Virus record (IMG/VR): IMGVR_UViG_2509276001_000001
Source: an uncultured virus (IMG/VR IMGVR_UViG_2509276001_000001)
Lineage: Duplodnaviria; Heunggongvirae; Uroviricota; Caudoviricetes
Direction: 5' to 3' (one strand)
DNA: 59,683 nt
Shown here: piece by piece, positions 38,817 to 47,737 of the stretch
Layout of the letters: each line of letters begins with the position of its first letter
Numbering within the stretch: the stretch's first letter is position 1
Notes under the pieces: generated by a model
The model's input: only the letters and a program-made list of their open reading frames with translations
What the model was told of the DNA's origin: nothing
Databases searched by the model: none
Program-made: the position numbers and the translations under genes

Positions 38817-39323
38817 ATGAAGAAGGCAGACGTAAAAGTAGGCGGCGAGTACTACGCCAACGTGACCAACAAGAAAGTCGTCGTACGAATCGACTCGACG
38901 AATTCCGCCGGCGGCTGGAACGCCACGAACCTTACCACCAACAAGAAGGTGCGGATCAAGACGGCTCAGCGGTTGCAAGGAAGAGCACGAGCGGCGACGT
39001 CGGCCAGTGCGGCCGGCGAAACGCGAGCCCGCAAACGAGTCGCGAAGAAGACGAACGGCGGAGACGCGGCGAGTGTGGCGGCGACGGCCGGCGTCAAGAA
39101 GCTGTCGTGTATCGAAGCGGCTTTGAAAGTTCTGGGCGAGACCGAGGAAACGATGAACGCCCAGGAAATGATTGCCGCGATGACGGACGCCGGCTATTGG
39201 ACGAGCCCTGGAGGGAAGACGCCGCACGCGACTTTGTACTCGGCGATCCTTCGTGAGCTTGCCAAGGGCGACGAGAGCCGTTTCATCAAAGTCGAACGCG
39301 GTCGCTTTGCGGCGCGAGCGTAG
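38817..39323 (+). CDS. HARE-HTH-like winged-helix protein
   Basis: LSCIEAALKVL...GKTPHATLYSAILRE...RFIKVERGRF. Confidence 0.8.
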   Translation: MKKADVKVGGEYYANVTNKKVVVRIDSTNSAGGWNATNLTTNKKVRIKTAQRLQGRARAATSASAAGETRARKRVAKKTNGGDAASVAATAGVKKLSCIEAALKVLGETEETMNAQEMIAAMTDAGYWTSPGGKTPHATLYSAILRELAKGDESRFIKVERGRFAARA

Positions 39324-39335
39324 GGAGACGAAACC

Positions 39336-39569
39336 GTGAAACACTTCTATGACCTGCGGACCGTCGAGGACTTGCAAGAAGGCGAAACCGCGACGCCGGA
39401 ACCGGGCGTCGAATACGAACTGCGGTCGATCTGCAACGAAACGATCGACGCCGGGCCAGTGTGCGACGTGATTCGGCGCGGTGACGTCTTGTACGCCAGG
39501 ACGAACGCCGGCAAGTCCTTTCCGGTGTCCGGAAAGAACTCGCATGTCTTGGTACCGATCGGCTTGTAG
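39336..39569 (+). CDS. Hypothetical protein
   Basis: 77 aa; GGAG RBS. Confidence 0.65.
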   Translation: MKHFYDLRTVEDLQEGETATPEPGVEYELRSICNETIDAGPVCDVIRRGDVLYARTNAGKSFPVSGKNSHVLVPIGL

Positions 39570-39830
39570 CCGGCCGACTCCCTTCTCTTGGCGAACCTTC
39601 GCCGACAACGCCCAACGTCCCCTCACGTCGGGCGTTTTGTCGTGACTCGAAGCACAACGGCCGACTTGCCAACGACGCGACACGAGGCCACGTCGCGGCT
39701 CGTTGGGAACGCCGAAAAAGAATGCGAATTCTGAGGCGTGTTTCGCAGACTTCGCTTGATGTGTTTGGAAAGTCATGGCTCATGTGTGGTTGTACGAACG
39801 GTTTTCAAACAACACGAACGGAGAAACGAA

Positions 39831-40064
39831 ATGGCAAAGATCGAAACGCTCGCCGCGCGGCCGGTCGAGCCGGCAGCGGCTTACGACAACGCTCACCAAA
39901 TTTCACGCGACCTGCTGCAACACATCGAATTGCAACTCGATCGCATGTTGAAACCCGACAACAAGGCGTTGCGTTGGACGCATGTCCGAGCGTTGAACCT
40001 GATCAACGCCCAGCTTTCGGAAGTCGCCGCCCTGGTCGACGAAACCAACAACGCTCGCAACTGA
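39831..40064 (+). CDS. Hypothetical protein
   Basis: 77 aa; GGAG RBS; weakly similar to 38089. Confidence 0.7.
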   Translation: MAKIETLAARPVEPAAAYDNAHQISRDLLQHIELQLDRMLKPDNKALRWTHVRALNLINAQLSEVAALVDETNNARN

Positions 40065-40074
40065 GAACGCTGCT

Positions 40075-40296
40075 ATGCCAACCATCCCCAAGGCGGGCGA
40101 CCGCGTCCGCCTGGTTTCGATGACCGACGACCCCGACCCGATTCCCGCCGGCACCACCGGCACGGTCGCCGGCGTGTATCCACAAAACGGCTGGATGCAA
40201 GTCGATGTCGATTGGGACACCGGCCGGTCATTGATGCTTTCCATTCCACCGGATGTTGTCGAGCGGATCGGACCGCTGGCGGCCGACTCGCAATAA
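40075..40296 (+). CDS. DUF4314-like protein
   Basis: GDRVRLVSMTDDP...GTTGTV...VDWDTGRSL. Confidence 0.8.
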   Translation: MPTIPKAGDRVRLVSMTDDPDPIPAGTTGTVAGVYPQNGWMQVDVDWDTGRSLMLSIPPDVVERIGPLAADSQ

Positions 40297-40308
40297 GGAT
40301 TTGAAACC

Positions 40309-40671
40309 ATGTCGACACGAGCCACGATCGCAGTCCGCCGGCCAGGCGGTGATTACCTGGCGGTCTACCTTCACTACGACGGCTACCCCGAACACGCAGG
40401 TCGGCTGTTGGCCGCCAACTATCAAACCAGCGAAGAAGCGGAAACGTTGATCGCCGGCGGTGACATTCGTAGCTTGGATGCCGAGCTTGGCGAAGCGGAT
40501 CGTTTTTCCAACGGGCCGGCGGCGTCGGTGATTCCGACGCATGATTCGCTGGTCGATTTCGCGAAGAACTGCGGCGCGGCGTTTCTGTACGTTTTCGACG
40601 AAGACAGAAGTGTCGGTCATCCCGACCGACGCCTGCCAAAATCCTGGCAATGTCAGAAGCTAAGATTCTGA
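40309..40671 (+). CDS. Conserved phage-type hypothetical protein
   Basis: MSTRATIA...YLHYDGYP. Confidence 0.75.
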   Translation: MSTRATIAVRRPGGDYLAVYLHYDGYPEHAGRLLAANYQTSEEAETLIAGGDIRSLDAELGEADRFSNGPAASVIPTHDSLVDFAKNCGAAFLYVFDEDRSVGHPDRRLPKSWQCQKLRF

Positions 40672-42327
40672 TTGTTGAGCGAGCGCGGCGACAGGAGCCA
40701 AACCGTCGTCCTCAGGCGATTTACTCGTTGCCTTTAAGTACCGGCGTCCGTTGAGAAGAACTCCGAGCCAAGTCCTCCTGACGAGCAGCTGATAACTCAA
40801 CAGGAGCATTACAGTCGAAACCGAACACACCACAAAGAACTTGACGGCTCCGTTGACGTCCCAGTCACGCACAATCAATTGCATGTACAGCACCAACGGG
40901 ATATGCACTAGATACAGCCAATACGATGAATCCGATAGATAGCGAACCCACGAACGATTCTTGGAAAAGAAGTTGTGAAACAAACCAATCAAGCCGAATG
41001 ACATCAGCCATGCGTAGGTCACCTGAATAAGCGAAAACAACAAACGCTCGCCGCCTGGCTCCGGTTGCTGCATGCTCAGTCCGGCTGGGAGACATACGAG
41101 CAACGCACCCGCGAGTGGCCATCCGAAGTGCCGGCCAACAGCGGCCTCACGATCATCCGAGCTGAAATAGACCGCCCCGAACCCAAAGAAGATCGCGTAG
41201 TACGCCAGCACGACTGGAAGTGGCAACAGACCGATGGATGTATCCGGTCCGAACGCACCCGGCGTGCGAGCCATGAAGTATTGGGGCAACGCAGCCAGCG
41301 GAATCAGCCAGAGATAACGCCACGATGATCTAATCAAAAGGTTGGGAATGGAGGGTAGACGCAGCACTTCGCTGGCCTTTGCGATGATAATGAAGCCAAT
41401 GACAAGCCAGCAGAGGAACCAAAGAAACCAGAGGTGGTTGAAGACGGGATAATAGAACAGGAGTCCGACCAAGCCGTTCCAAATGGCAACGCTAGAATCC
41501 TTAGGTGTGGCATCGACGGTTCTTCCCGTTGCATCGGCAATTACCATGGCAATCTGCTCTCGCCCGTCGAGCACATCGGTCTTTTCGAGCGGCAGTTGCA
41601 GCAACTTTGCGATGTACTCAGTCGTCGCCCAGTCAATCGTCAGTAGCTGCTCGGGAGTTTGTCCTTCGTTGTTGGTTGCTTCCAAACTGGCATCAGCCTC
41701 AAGCAATAACTCTGCCGCATCCGATTTCCCGAAGAAGCAAGCGATATGAAGTGGGGTTGCCCCGGTCGTTGGATTGTTCGCGTTAACATCGCCACCTTCG
41801 TTGAGGTAGCGTCGTATTGCTTCGTCGTCACCCATCGTGACGGCTTCCCAAACATCGACCGTGATCGTGCCGGGCGACTCGATTCGTTCTTCCTGTTCGT
41901 CCGAATCGCTCACGGCAGTCGTAGCGTTTACCTGCGGGCTCTGTTGTGACCGAACGTAGCCCGAGACAAACCACATCAGTGGGATGATGGTCACCATGGA
42001 CAACAGCAAAGGCAGAAAGATGCGTTTGAAGCGATGGACGAGCAATGCTCGAAGCCCCCGCTTCTTCCAAAGCATCGCGGTAAAGAAGCCGCTGACGAGA
42101 AAGAACAGAGGCATTCTCCATCCATGGATGCCAGAGAACATCACCTTAAATGAATCGGAGGCCCTCGAATCCTGCACTCCCCACATCAGTCCCACGCCGG
42201 GGAGAAAGGACATCGCACCGTGAAGCACGATGCCGAGAAGCATGGCGAATCCTCTGAGCGCGTCGAGATCATGTCGCCTTGCAGATTGGGCTGCGACGCC
42301 CGGTGGTTGATTTTCAGCAGTGGCCAT
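40660..42327 (-). CDS. OpgC-like acyltransferase-3 with ankyrin insertion
   Basis: DLDALR, MPLFFLVSGFF, HLWFL, SSYWLYLVH; internal GATPLHIAC ankyrin repeat. Confidence 0.88.
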   Translation of the reverse strand: MATAENQPPGVAAQSARRHDLDALRGFAMLLGIVLHGAMSFLPGVGLMWGVQDSRASDSFKVMFSGIHGWRMPLFFLVSGFFTAMLWKKRGLRALLVHRFKRIFLPLLLSMVTIIPLMWFVSGYVRSQQSPQVNATTAVSDSDEQEERIESPGTITVDVWEAVTMGDDEAIRRYLNEGGDVNANNPTTGATPLHIACFFGKSDAAELLLEADASLEATNNEGQTPEQLLTIDWATTEYIAKLLQLPLEKTDVLDGREQIAMVIADATGRTVDATPKDSSVAIWNGLVGLLFYYPVFNHLWFLWFLCWLVIGFIIIAKASEVLRLPSIPNLLIRSSWRYLWLIPLAALPQYFMARTPGAFGPDTSIGLLPLPVVLAYYAIFFGFGAVYFSSDDREAAVGRHFGWPLAGALLVCLPAGLSMQQPEPGGERLLFSLIQVTYAWLMSFGLIGLFHNFFSKNRSWVRYLSDSSYWLYLVHIPLVLYMQLIVRDWDVNGAVKFFVVCSVSTVMLLLSYQLLVRRTWLGVLLNGRRYLKATSKSPEDDGLAPVAALAQQSES

Positions 42328-42514
42328 TTCGTTATCGTTTCGTGCTTTTGTGTCGAGTTGGATTCTTTATTCAGCGTGTCAACCTCACCAAGAACAGGAT
42401 TGGTCGAGGCATTCCGATCGCTGCCCCGTACGTCGTTCTGCTTTATCCGCTACCGCGAGCGAATCCTGCCACAAAATCGAAAACTAAAGACTACTTCATC
42501 AGAGGGGCTCTCGG

Positions 42515-42736
42515 CTATTTCCAGATGATCCCTGCCGCCCACAAAGCTCCAAACACGACAAGGATGAGTCCAGAGACTTGGTAGAAGCGATGCACGGCAT
42601 CGCCTTCACCCCACAGAATCCGTGAGCGAGCCACAAGAAGTTCGTACACAACAAACTTGCTCTTCATCGTTCCGCAAACGAGCATGAAGAGCCCGATTGC
42701 TGCCATTACTAGACCCCAAATCGTATTCATTGGCAT
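42515..42736 (-). CDS. Small membrane protein
   Basis: Two hydrophobic segments. Confidence 0.65.
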   Translation of the reverse strand: MPMNTIWGLVMAAIGLFMLVCGTMKSKFVVYELLVARSRILWGEGDAVHRFYQVSGLILVVFGALWAAGIIWK

Positions 42737-42740
42737 TCCC

Positions 42741-45007
42741 TCAGTTGTTGGACGTGTCTGGTTTGGCCTTCAGGAATACCGACATCCTGGGCGCGTTGTA
42801 TCTTGCTTTGTGTTGATAGTCATCGCCCACAATGCGACGGCCCTTTCCACGAGCGGGAGGAATGACCCATTCAGCGCCGTCCACTTTTCCGGGGCCTTTG
42901 ATCCAGGCATCAAGCAACGCTTGATAGTCATCTTTCAGGCTACCCGGGTCGTTCGGCGGCATTCCCTCGTGAACATCCCAACCCGCTCCAGCGAACAGCT
43001 CGATCGTTTTCATGCCGACACGATGACACTCAAAACAGGCGTTGCCTTCGATGTGGATCGTTCGCATGTCCCAGTCCTCGCCGCCGATCACGTAGTAGGG
43101 TGCGTCCGCGTCGAGGAACGGTACAACGCTTTCATCGGTGCCCGGGATCTTGGCTGCATTCACAAACGGACTGGTAATGAATGGATCCGCTTGATGGCAT
43201 GAATTGCACTGAGTCTTCACGTCCGCGGGCGTCACGAAGACTTTGTTGAACTCCTCGGGCTCGTTGATCCAGGGAATCTCGCCTCGCATCCGCAGCGTAG
43301 TCTCATCCTGGGTGATCCACGCGTTCAAATCCTTACCGGCAGTCGCGCTGGTTTCAAAGAACGCAGTGGAACCGGTTTTCCTCTGGTATCCGATCATCTG
43401 CACCGAACCGACGAATCTTTGATGGTCGCCGTCTTGGTTCTCATTTCGGCCAAAAGCCACCCAAATAACGTCCGGCAGAGGTTTGCCGTCGACGGTTTTT
43501 CCTTCGTATCGCTGAATCACGGAACCCGATGCGGTTCCGCCTTTGCCCAATCGTGTCGGGTTGTCAATCGTGTCGTTCTTGAAGACTCCGTGCTTCTGAA
43601 CGCCGCCCGCGTACAGCGGGATTTCGATGCAGTCGCCAAGAATGATTTTGGGAGGGACACCAAGTTGCGGCTCGACCAGCTTGGCGTACTCAAAAGCAGT
43701 CATTGGAGAAACATCTACGTTTGATCCAGCTTGGCCGAGCTTCTGTCTCAGTAACTCCAAAATTTCTTTGCGCCCCGCACCGATGTCGGCCAAGTCACAT
43801 TCCAAACCGAGCGATCCATAGACAAATTGATAGGCTGCGATCAGGTTTGCATCGAGCTTCATCTCGGCTGAATCCAAAGGCGTTAGATTCTTGTCATTCG
43901 TCTTGTTCGGATCAGCGCCAGCTTCAAGCAACAATTCCAGAACGCCCGGTCGAAGGAAAAAGCACGCTTGATGGAGCGCCGTCCCCGGGACTTGTTCTGC
44001 ACATCAAGGTCCACGCCCGCGTTGATCAGTGTTCTCGCGATCTCGGTCTTGCCGAAGATCGTTGCCAGAAGCAAAGGCGTGTTGCCACCGAAACTTTCTT
44101 TCTGATTCAGGTCTGTCCCTGCCGCCACGTGTTGCACAACCGCCGACAAGTTGCCCGCAAGAATCGCATCGAAGATATTGATGTCCGGAGCGGTGCCCTT
44201 GGCGACATCGGTTGCATTGACCAGTAGTTTCAAGGCCAGCGGGCGACGCTTGCGAATCCGCTGGAGATCAAAATCTGTCTGAAGGCGATCTGCGAGGGCA
44301 ATCAAGTATTCCTCAAGCTGCGCGTTCCACGGTGATGCCGCGACATCGACTGAGCTGAAGCCAAGCTCGTTTCGCCGCATCGGATCCGCACCGACATCTA
44401 GGAGTTGCTTGACAATACTCGTGTTTCCAAGAAAGGCGGCCATGTGCAACGCTGTGTTGCCTTCGCCATCGGAAATGTCAAATTCAGCTCCTTCATTCAG
44501 AAGCCGCTCGGACGCGTTCACCTGACCAAACAACGCCGCAACGTGCAAGGGCGTCAGTTCGTCGAACAATTTTGCATCAACTGACACGCCGCTGCGAAGC
44601 TCGTCATCAAGCATCGCCATGTCGCCTGTACCTGCAGCAACCCAAATACTCTTTGTAAGAGGGAACTGAATTGCCATATTTCCTAGCGATGCGAATGCCA
44701 TCGCGGATCTCTGCTGCGGAAAGCTTGACAAGACAAATGCAAGCAAGACAGTTGCGGCCAGCGTCGAGATGCCCGATACCCATTTCCAAAGGATCTGTGG
44801 TTGCTTCCGAACTAAAGCGATTGGTTCCTCGCTGACCCCACTCGATTGAGCCATCTGAAGCAAATGAGCATCAAGTTCCGCATGTAGCACGAGTTCATCT
44901 TCGAGTTTTCGATCGGCCCGCAGTCGACGCTCAAGCTCATCGACTTCCTCGACAGTTGCAGCTCCAATGAGATAACGCTGAATGAGTTCATTTGAATTCA
45001 TGGTCAC
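42741..45007 (-). pseudogene. Anti-sigma/TM/ankyrin protein with two CxxCH motifs; frameshift near 43985
   Basis: ELIQRYL anti-sigma start, TM, TPLH/TALH repeats; second frame continues TALHQAC...LLEAGADPN, CNSCH, CFECH. Confidence 0.75.
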
Positions 45008-45546
45008 TTGGCCTCCGCTTCAACTCGCGTTTGAATGCAATCGGCAAGCTGCTCGCGAAGTCGTGCCAGCAACTTGTACAGCGCGTTGGGTGTCTTTCGT
45101 CGACGTTCAGCGAGCTGAGCAACCGTTGTCGTCGAACGATGCGGTGCCAGCAGCAACTCGCGATGGTCGGCGGAGAATTGACTTAGGCAAGTCGGAAGCA
45201 TTCTTTCTCGAGCAGATATCTCCTCGACGGTGCGATTCGCAGCTCGCTCAGCAAGGTTCTCGAGCATCTCGTCACTCAGTAGCGGTCGACTTGCACGCAG
45301 ATTTTCCAACTGCCGCAAACACTTGAACCGCAGAATCACTCGTGCCCACGGTACGAACCCATCAGCACTTTCCAATTGGCCTCGCTTTTGCCACATCGTG
45401 ACGCTGGCTTCCTGCAATGCCTCATCGACCAAATCCCAATCCGGAACCAACACTCGCGCATAAGCCCGAAGCGCCAGTTCATGCTTGACCAGCAACGCCA
45501 GAAAATCAGGCTCCGTCAGCTCAAATTGTGTTTGTTCGGCATCCAT
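45004..45546 (-). CDS. ECF sigma-70 factor (planctomycete type)
   Basis: LRAYARVLV..DEALQE, FVPWAR, NALYKLLARLR. Confidence 0.9.
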   Translation of the reverse strand: MDAEQTQFELTEPDFLALLVKHELALRAYARVLVPDWDLVDEALQEASVTMWQKRGQLESADGFVPWARVILRFKCLRQLENLRASRPLLSDEMLENLAERAANRTVEEISARERMLPTCLSQFSADHRELLLAPHRSTTTVAQLAERRRKTPNALYKLLARLREQLADCIQTRVEAEAK

Positions 45547-45622
45547 ACGGGCTATATCCGTCGGCAAGGCTAAACCTGCCACAAATCTAATAAGAAATTC
45601 TGAGAAGCCTGAGTTTAGCTGC

Positions 45623-46933
45623 TTATCTCATGTTCTCCTCGCGGGCACCGACCAGAATCGGTGACTCGCCGGTTCGTCCCAGGATCGCCGGCTTACCGGT
45701 GAAGCGTTGATAACGGTCGACGATCACGTCGCAGTACGGTGGATCGAGTTCCATCAAGAACGCCTTGCGTCCGGTTTGCTCGGCGGCGATCAGCGTCGAA
45801 CCGCTGCCGCCGAACAAGTCCAGCACGTTCTCGCCCTTGCGGCTTGAGTATTGCATCGCCGTCACCGCCAGTTCGGCCGGCTTGCCGGTTAGGTGTTCCA
45901 ACTGTTGCGGCGGAATCTTCTTGACGTGCCACAGGTCAGTCGCGTTGTTCGGCCCGAAGAACTTGTGGCCGGCTCCTTCCCGCCAACCGTAGAACGCCCA
46001 TTCGTGGCCCGACATGAAATCTTTTCGATTGATGACCGGGTGCATCTTGTCCCAGATGATCGTCTGCGACAGATACAGCCCACTGGTGGCCAGGGCCGGC
46101 GGATAGCAGCCAATGTTGGAGAAGCCGCCCCAAATATAGAAGCACCGCCCCGGTTCCAACACGCGGCCGATGTTGCCAAACCAAGCGGCGAGCATTTTCT
46201 CGAACTCAGCATCGCTGACCTTGTCGTTCGCCAGCACGCGGTCTTTAGCCCGCATCTTCTTTTCGCCCGCTTTCGTTTTGCTTTCGCCGGCGGGAAACGA
46301 ACTATTGCCGGCCGCGATCGCGTTCTTGCTGCGGGGTTCAACGTTCACGTTGTACGGCGGATCCGTATTCACCATGTGAATCTTCGCGCCAGCGAGCAAG
46401 CGATCGACGTTTTCCGCTTTGGACGAGTCACCGCAGAGCAAACGGTGATCGCCAAGGATCCAAATGTCGCCGGGCTGGGTCACTGCTTCGTCGGGCGGCT
46501 CCGGGACTTCGTTAGGATCCGTGAGTCCTTGTTCTACGCCGGGATCGAGCAGCTTTGCCAGTTCATCGCTGTCAAAGCCAAGCAACTCGCAATCGAAACC
46601 ACTGTCCTGCAGGGCACCGATCTCGATCGGCAGCAAGTCAAAATCCCACTCGGCGTTTTCGCCGGTGCGGTTGTCGGCGATCCGGTAGGCCCGCACCGCT
46701 TCAGGTTCCATGTCGGTTGCGACGTGAACCGGGACTTCTGCGAGGTTCAAAACCTTGGCGGCTTTGAACCGGGTGTGGCCGACGATGATGACGCCGGCGG
46801 TATCGACAACAATCGGCTGGCGAAAACCAAACTCGTTGATGCTTTGCACCACGTCGGCGACCGCATCGTCGTTGATGCGAGGATTTTTTTCGTAAGGCTT
46901 GATCCGATCAAGCGTCCACATTTCGACCTGCAT
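45623..46933 (-). CDS. ParB-like domain fused to an amino-DNA methyltransferase
   Basis: KNPR, FGFRQPI, GHTR, ADNR; TDPPY; LDLFGGSGST. Confidence 0.92.
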   Translation of the reverse strand: MQVEMWTLDRIKPYEKNPRINDDAVADVVQSINEFGFRQPIVVDTAGVIIVGHTRFKAAKVLNLAEVPVHVATDMEPEAVRAYRIADNRTGENAEWDFDLLPIEIGALQDSGFDCELLGFDSDELAKLLDPGVEQGLTDPNEVPEPPDEAVTQPGDIWILGDHRLLCGDSSKAENVDRLLAGAKIHMVNTDPPYNVNVEPRSKNAIAAGNSSFPAGESKTKAGEKKMRAKDRVLANDKVSDAEFEKMLAAWFGNIGRVLEPGRCFYIWGGFSNIGCYPPALATSGLYLSQTIIWDKMHPVINRKDFMSGHEWAFYGWREGAGHKFFGPNNATDLWHVKKIPPQQLEHLTGKPAELAVTAMQYSSRKGENVLDLFGGSGSTLIAAEQTGRKAFLMELDPPYCDVIVDRYQRFTGKPAILGRTGESPILVGAREENMR

Positions 46934-47127
46934 ATTTTGGCCCTTCCAAGGCGAGACATTGAGACGGGAAGGGTTCGTTCGGTCGTTGGCTGGCTGGGTA
47001 GATCTTTGGTTAGGGATCCGATGCGTTCGGACGGACGAAAGTTTCATTCGGACAAATAAAACAAACTGTGCCTAATAAGGCTGCTGTTCCCGTGGCCCTG
47101 ACCAGAGAACGGATCGGCCGGGAGTAC

Positions 47128-47427
47128 CTAAACGTCTCGGGTGAGACCGCACACGGCGGCGTCGGTCGTATCGTCCTGCGATGCCGCGTCGAGTGCGGCG
47201 GTGGCTCGGTCAGCGCGACGTTGGCCCGCACACGCGATCCGTGGGGCGAACTCGCCGCACCAATCAGACCCCCAAACGGTCGGGAAAATACCGAAGTTGC
47301 TTACCGATTCGCTATGTGCATCATAAGGTGCGCGTGGCGGGCGACGCCGGCAATGGCCGTTGCCGACGCTTCGTTCACTGGAAGGTTGCATTTCCTGATA
47401 GAAGCGGCAAGTTGAACACTGTGGCAT
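47128..47427 (-). CDS. Small Cys-rich phage protein
   Basis: CSTC...CRRRPP...DWCGEF. Confidence 0.6.
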   Translation of the reverse strand: MPQCSTCRFYQEMQPSSERSVGNGHCRRRPPRAPYDAHSESVSNFGIFPTVWGSDWCGEFAPRIACAGQRRADRATAALDAASQDDTTDAAVCGLTRDV

Positions 47428-47460
47428 TGCAAAGAACTCCAAAGGTTGGAAGGAAACTGA

Positions 47461-47735
47461 CGTGTCACCGAAACCTGTCACTCCTTCCCCCGCGTACGCG
47501 CAAACACGCATCGCAGGGGTGTGGGCGTGACAGGGTGACAGATAGAAAGAGAGAGAGTTTTTATTAATGAATAGGGGCATTTCCTGCTTTGCGAAGTGTC
47601 ACCCAAGTGTCACCCAAGTGTCACTGGGGCCGGTGACACTTCGGGACAGATTCGCTCGGGCGGGGCTTCAAATGCGTTTTCAAGGCGTCGACGTGTCCCG
47701 AAGTCGTGACACTTGGTGACACTTCGGTGACGCTT
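47461..47735. repeat. GTGTCAC iteron cluster, putative replication origin
   Basis: AAGTGTCACCC tandem at 47594-47625 and inverted GTGACACTT copies, downstream of the primase gene. Confidence 0.75.
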
Positions 47736-47737
47736 CC

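Larger units (their letters stand above)
36462..39787 (+). repeat. Four dispersed 35-bp promoter-like repeats
   Basis: CGCTTG(A/C)TGTGT-N-CATGGCTCATGTGT at 36462, 37646, 38372 and 39753. Confidence 0.85.

Noticed and set aside
37369..39776. Long minus-strand ORFs (454 and 485 aa)
   Set aside because: Antisense to well-supported small genes with RBSs; low-complexity translation.
36462..39787. 35-bp repeats as a CRISPR array or integron attC sites
   Set aside because: Spaced 0.7-1.4 kb apart, each upstream of a gene, no cas or intI gene, no attC-like structure.
47594..47625. Tandem repeats as a CRISPR array
   Set aside because: 11-bp units without spacers; they fit iterons better.
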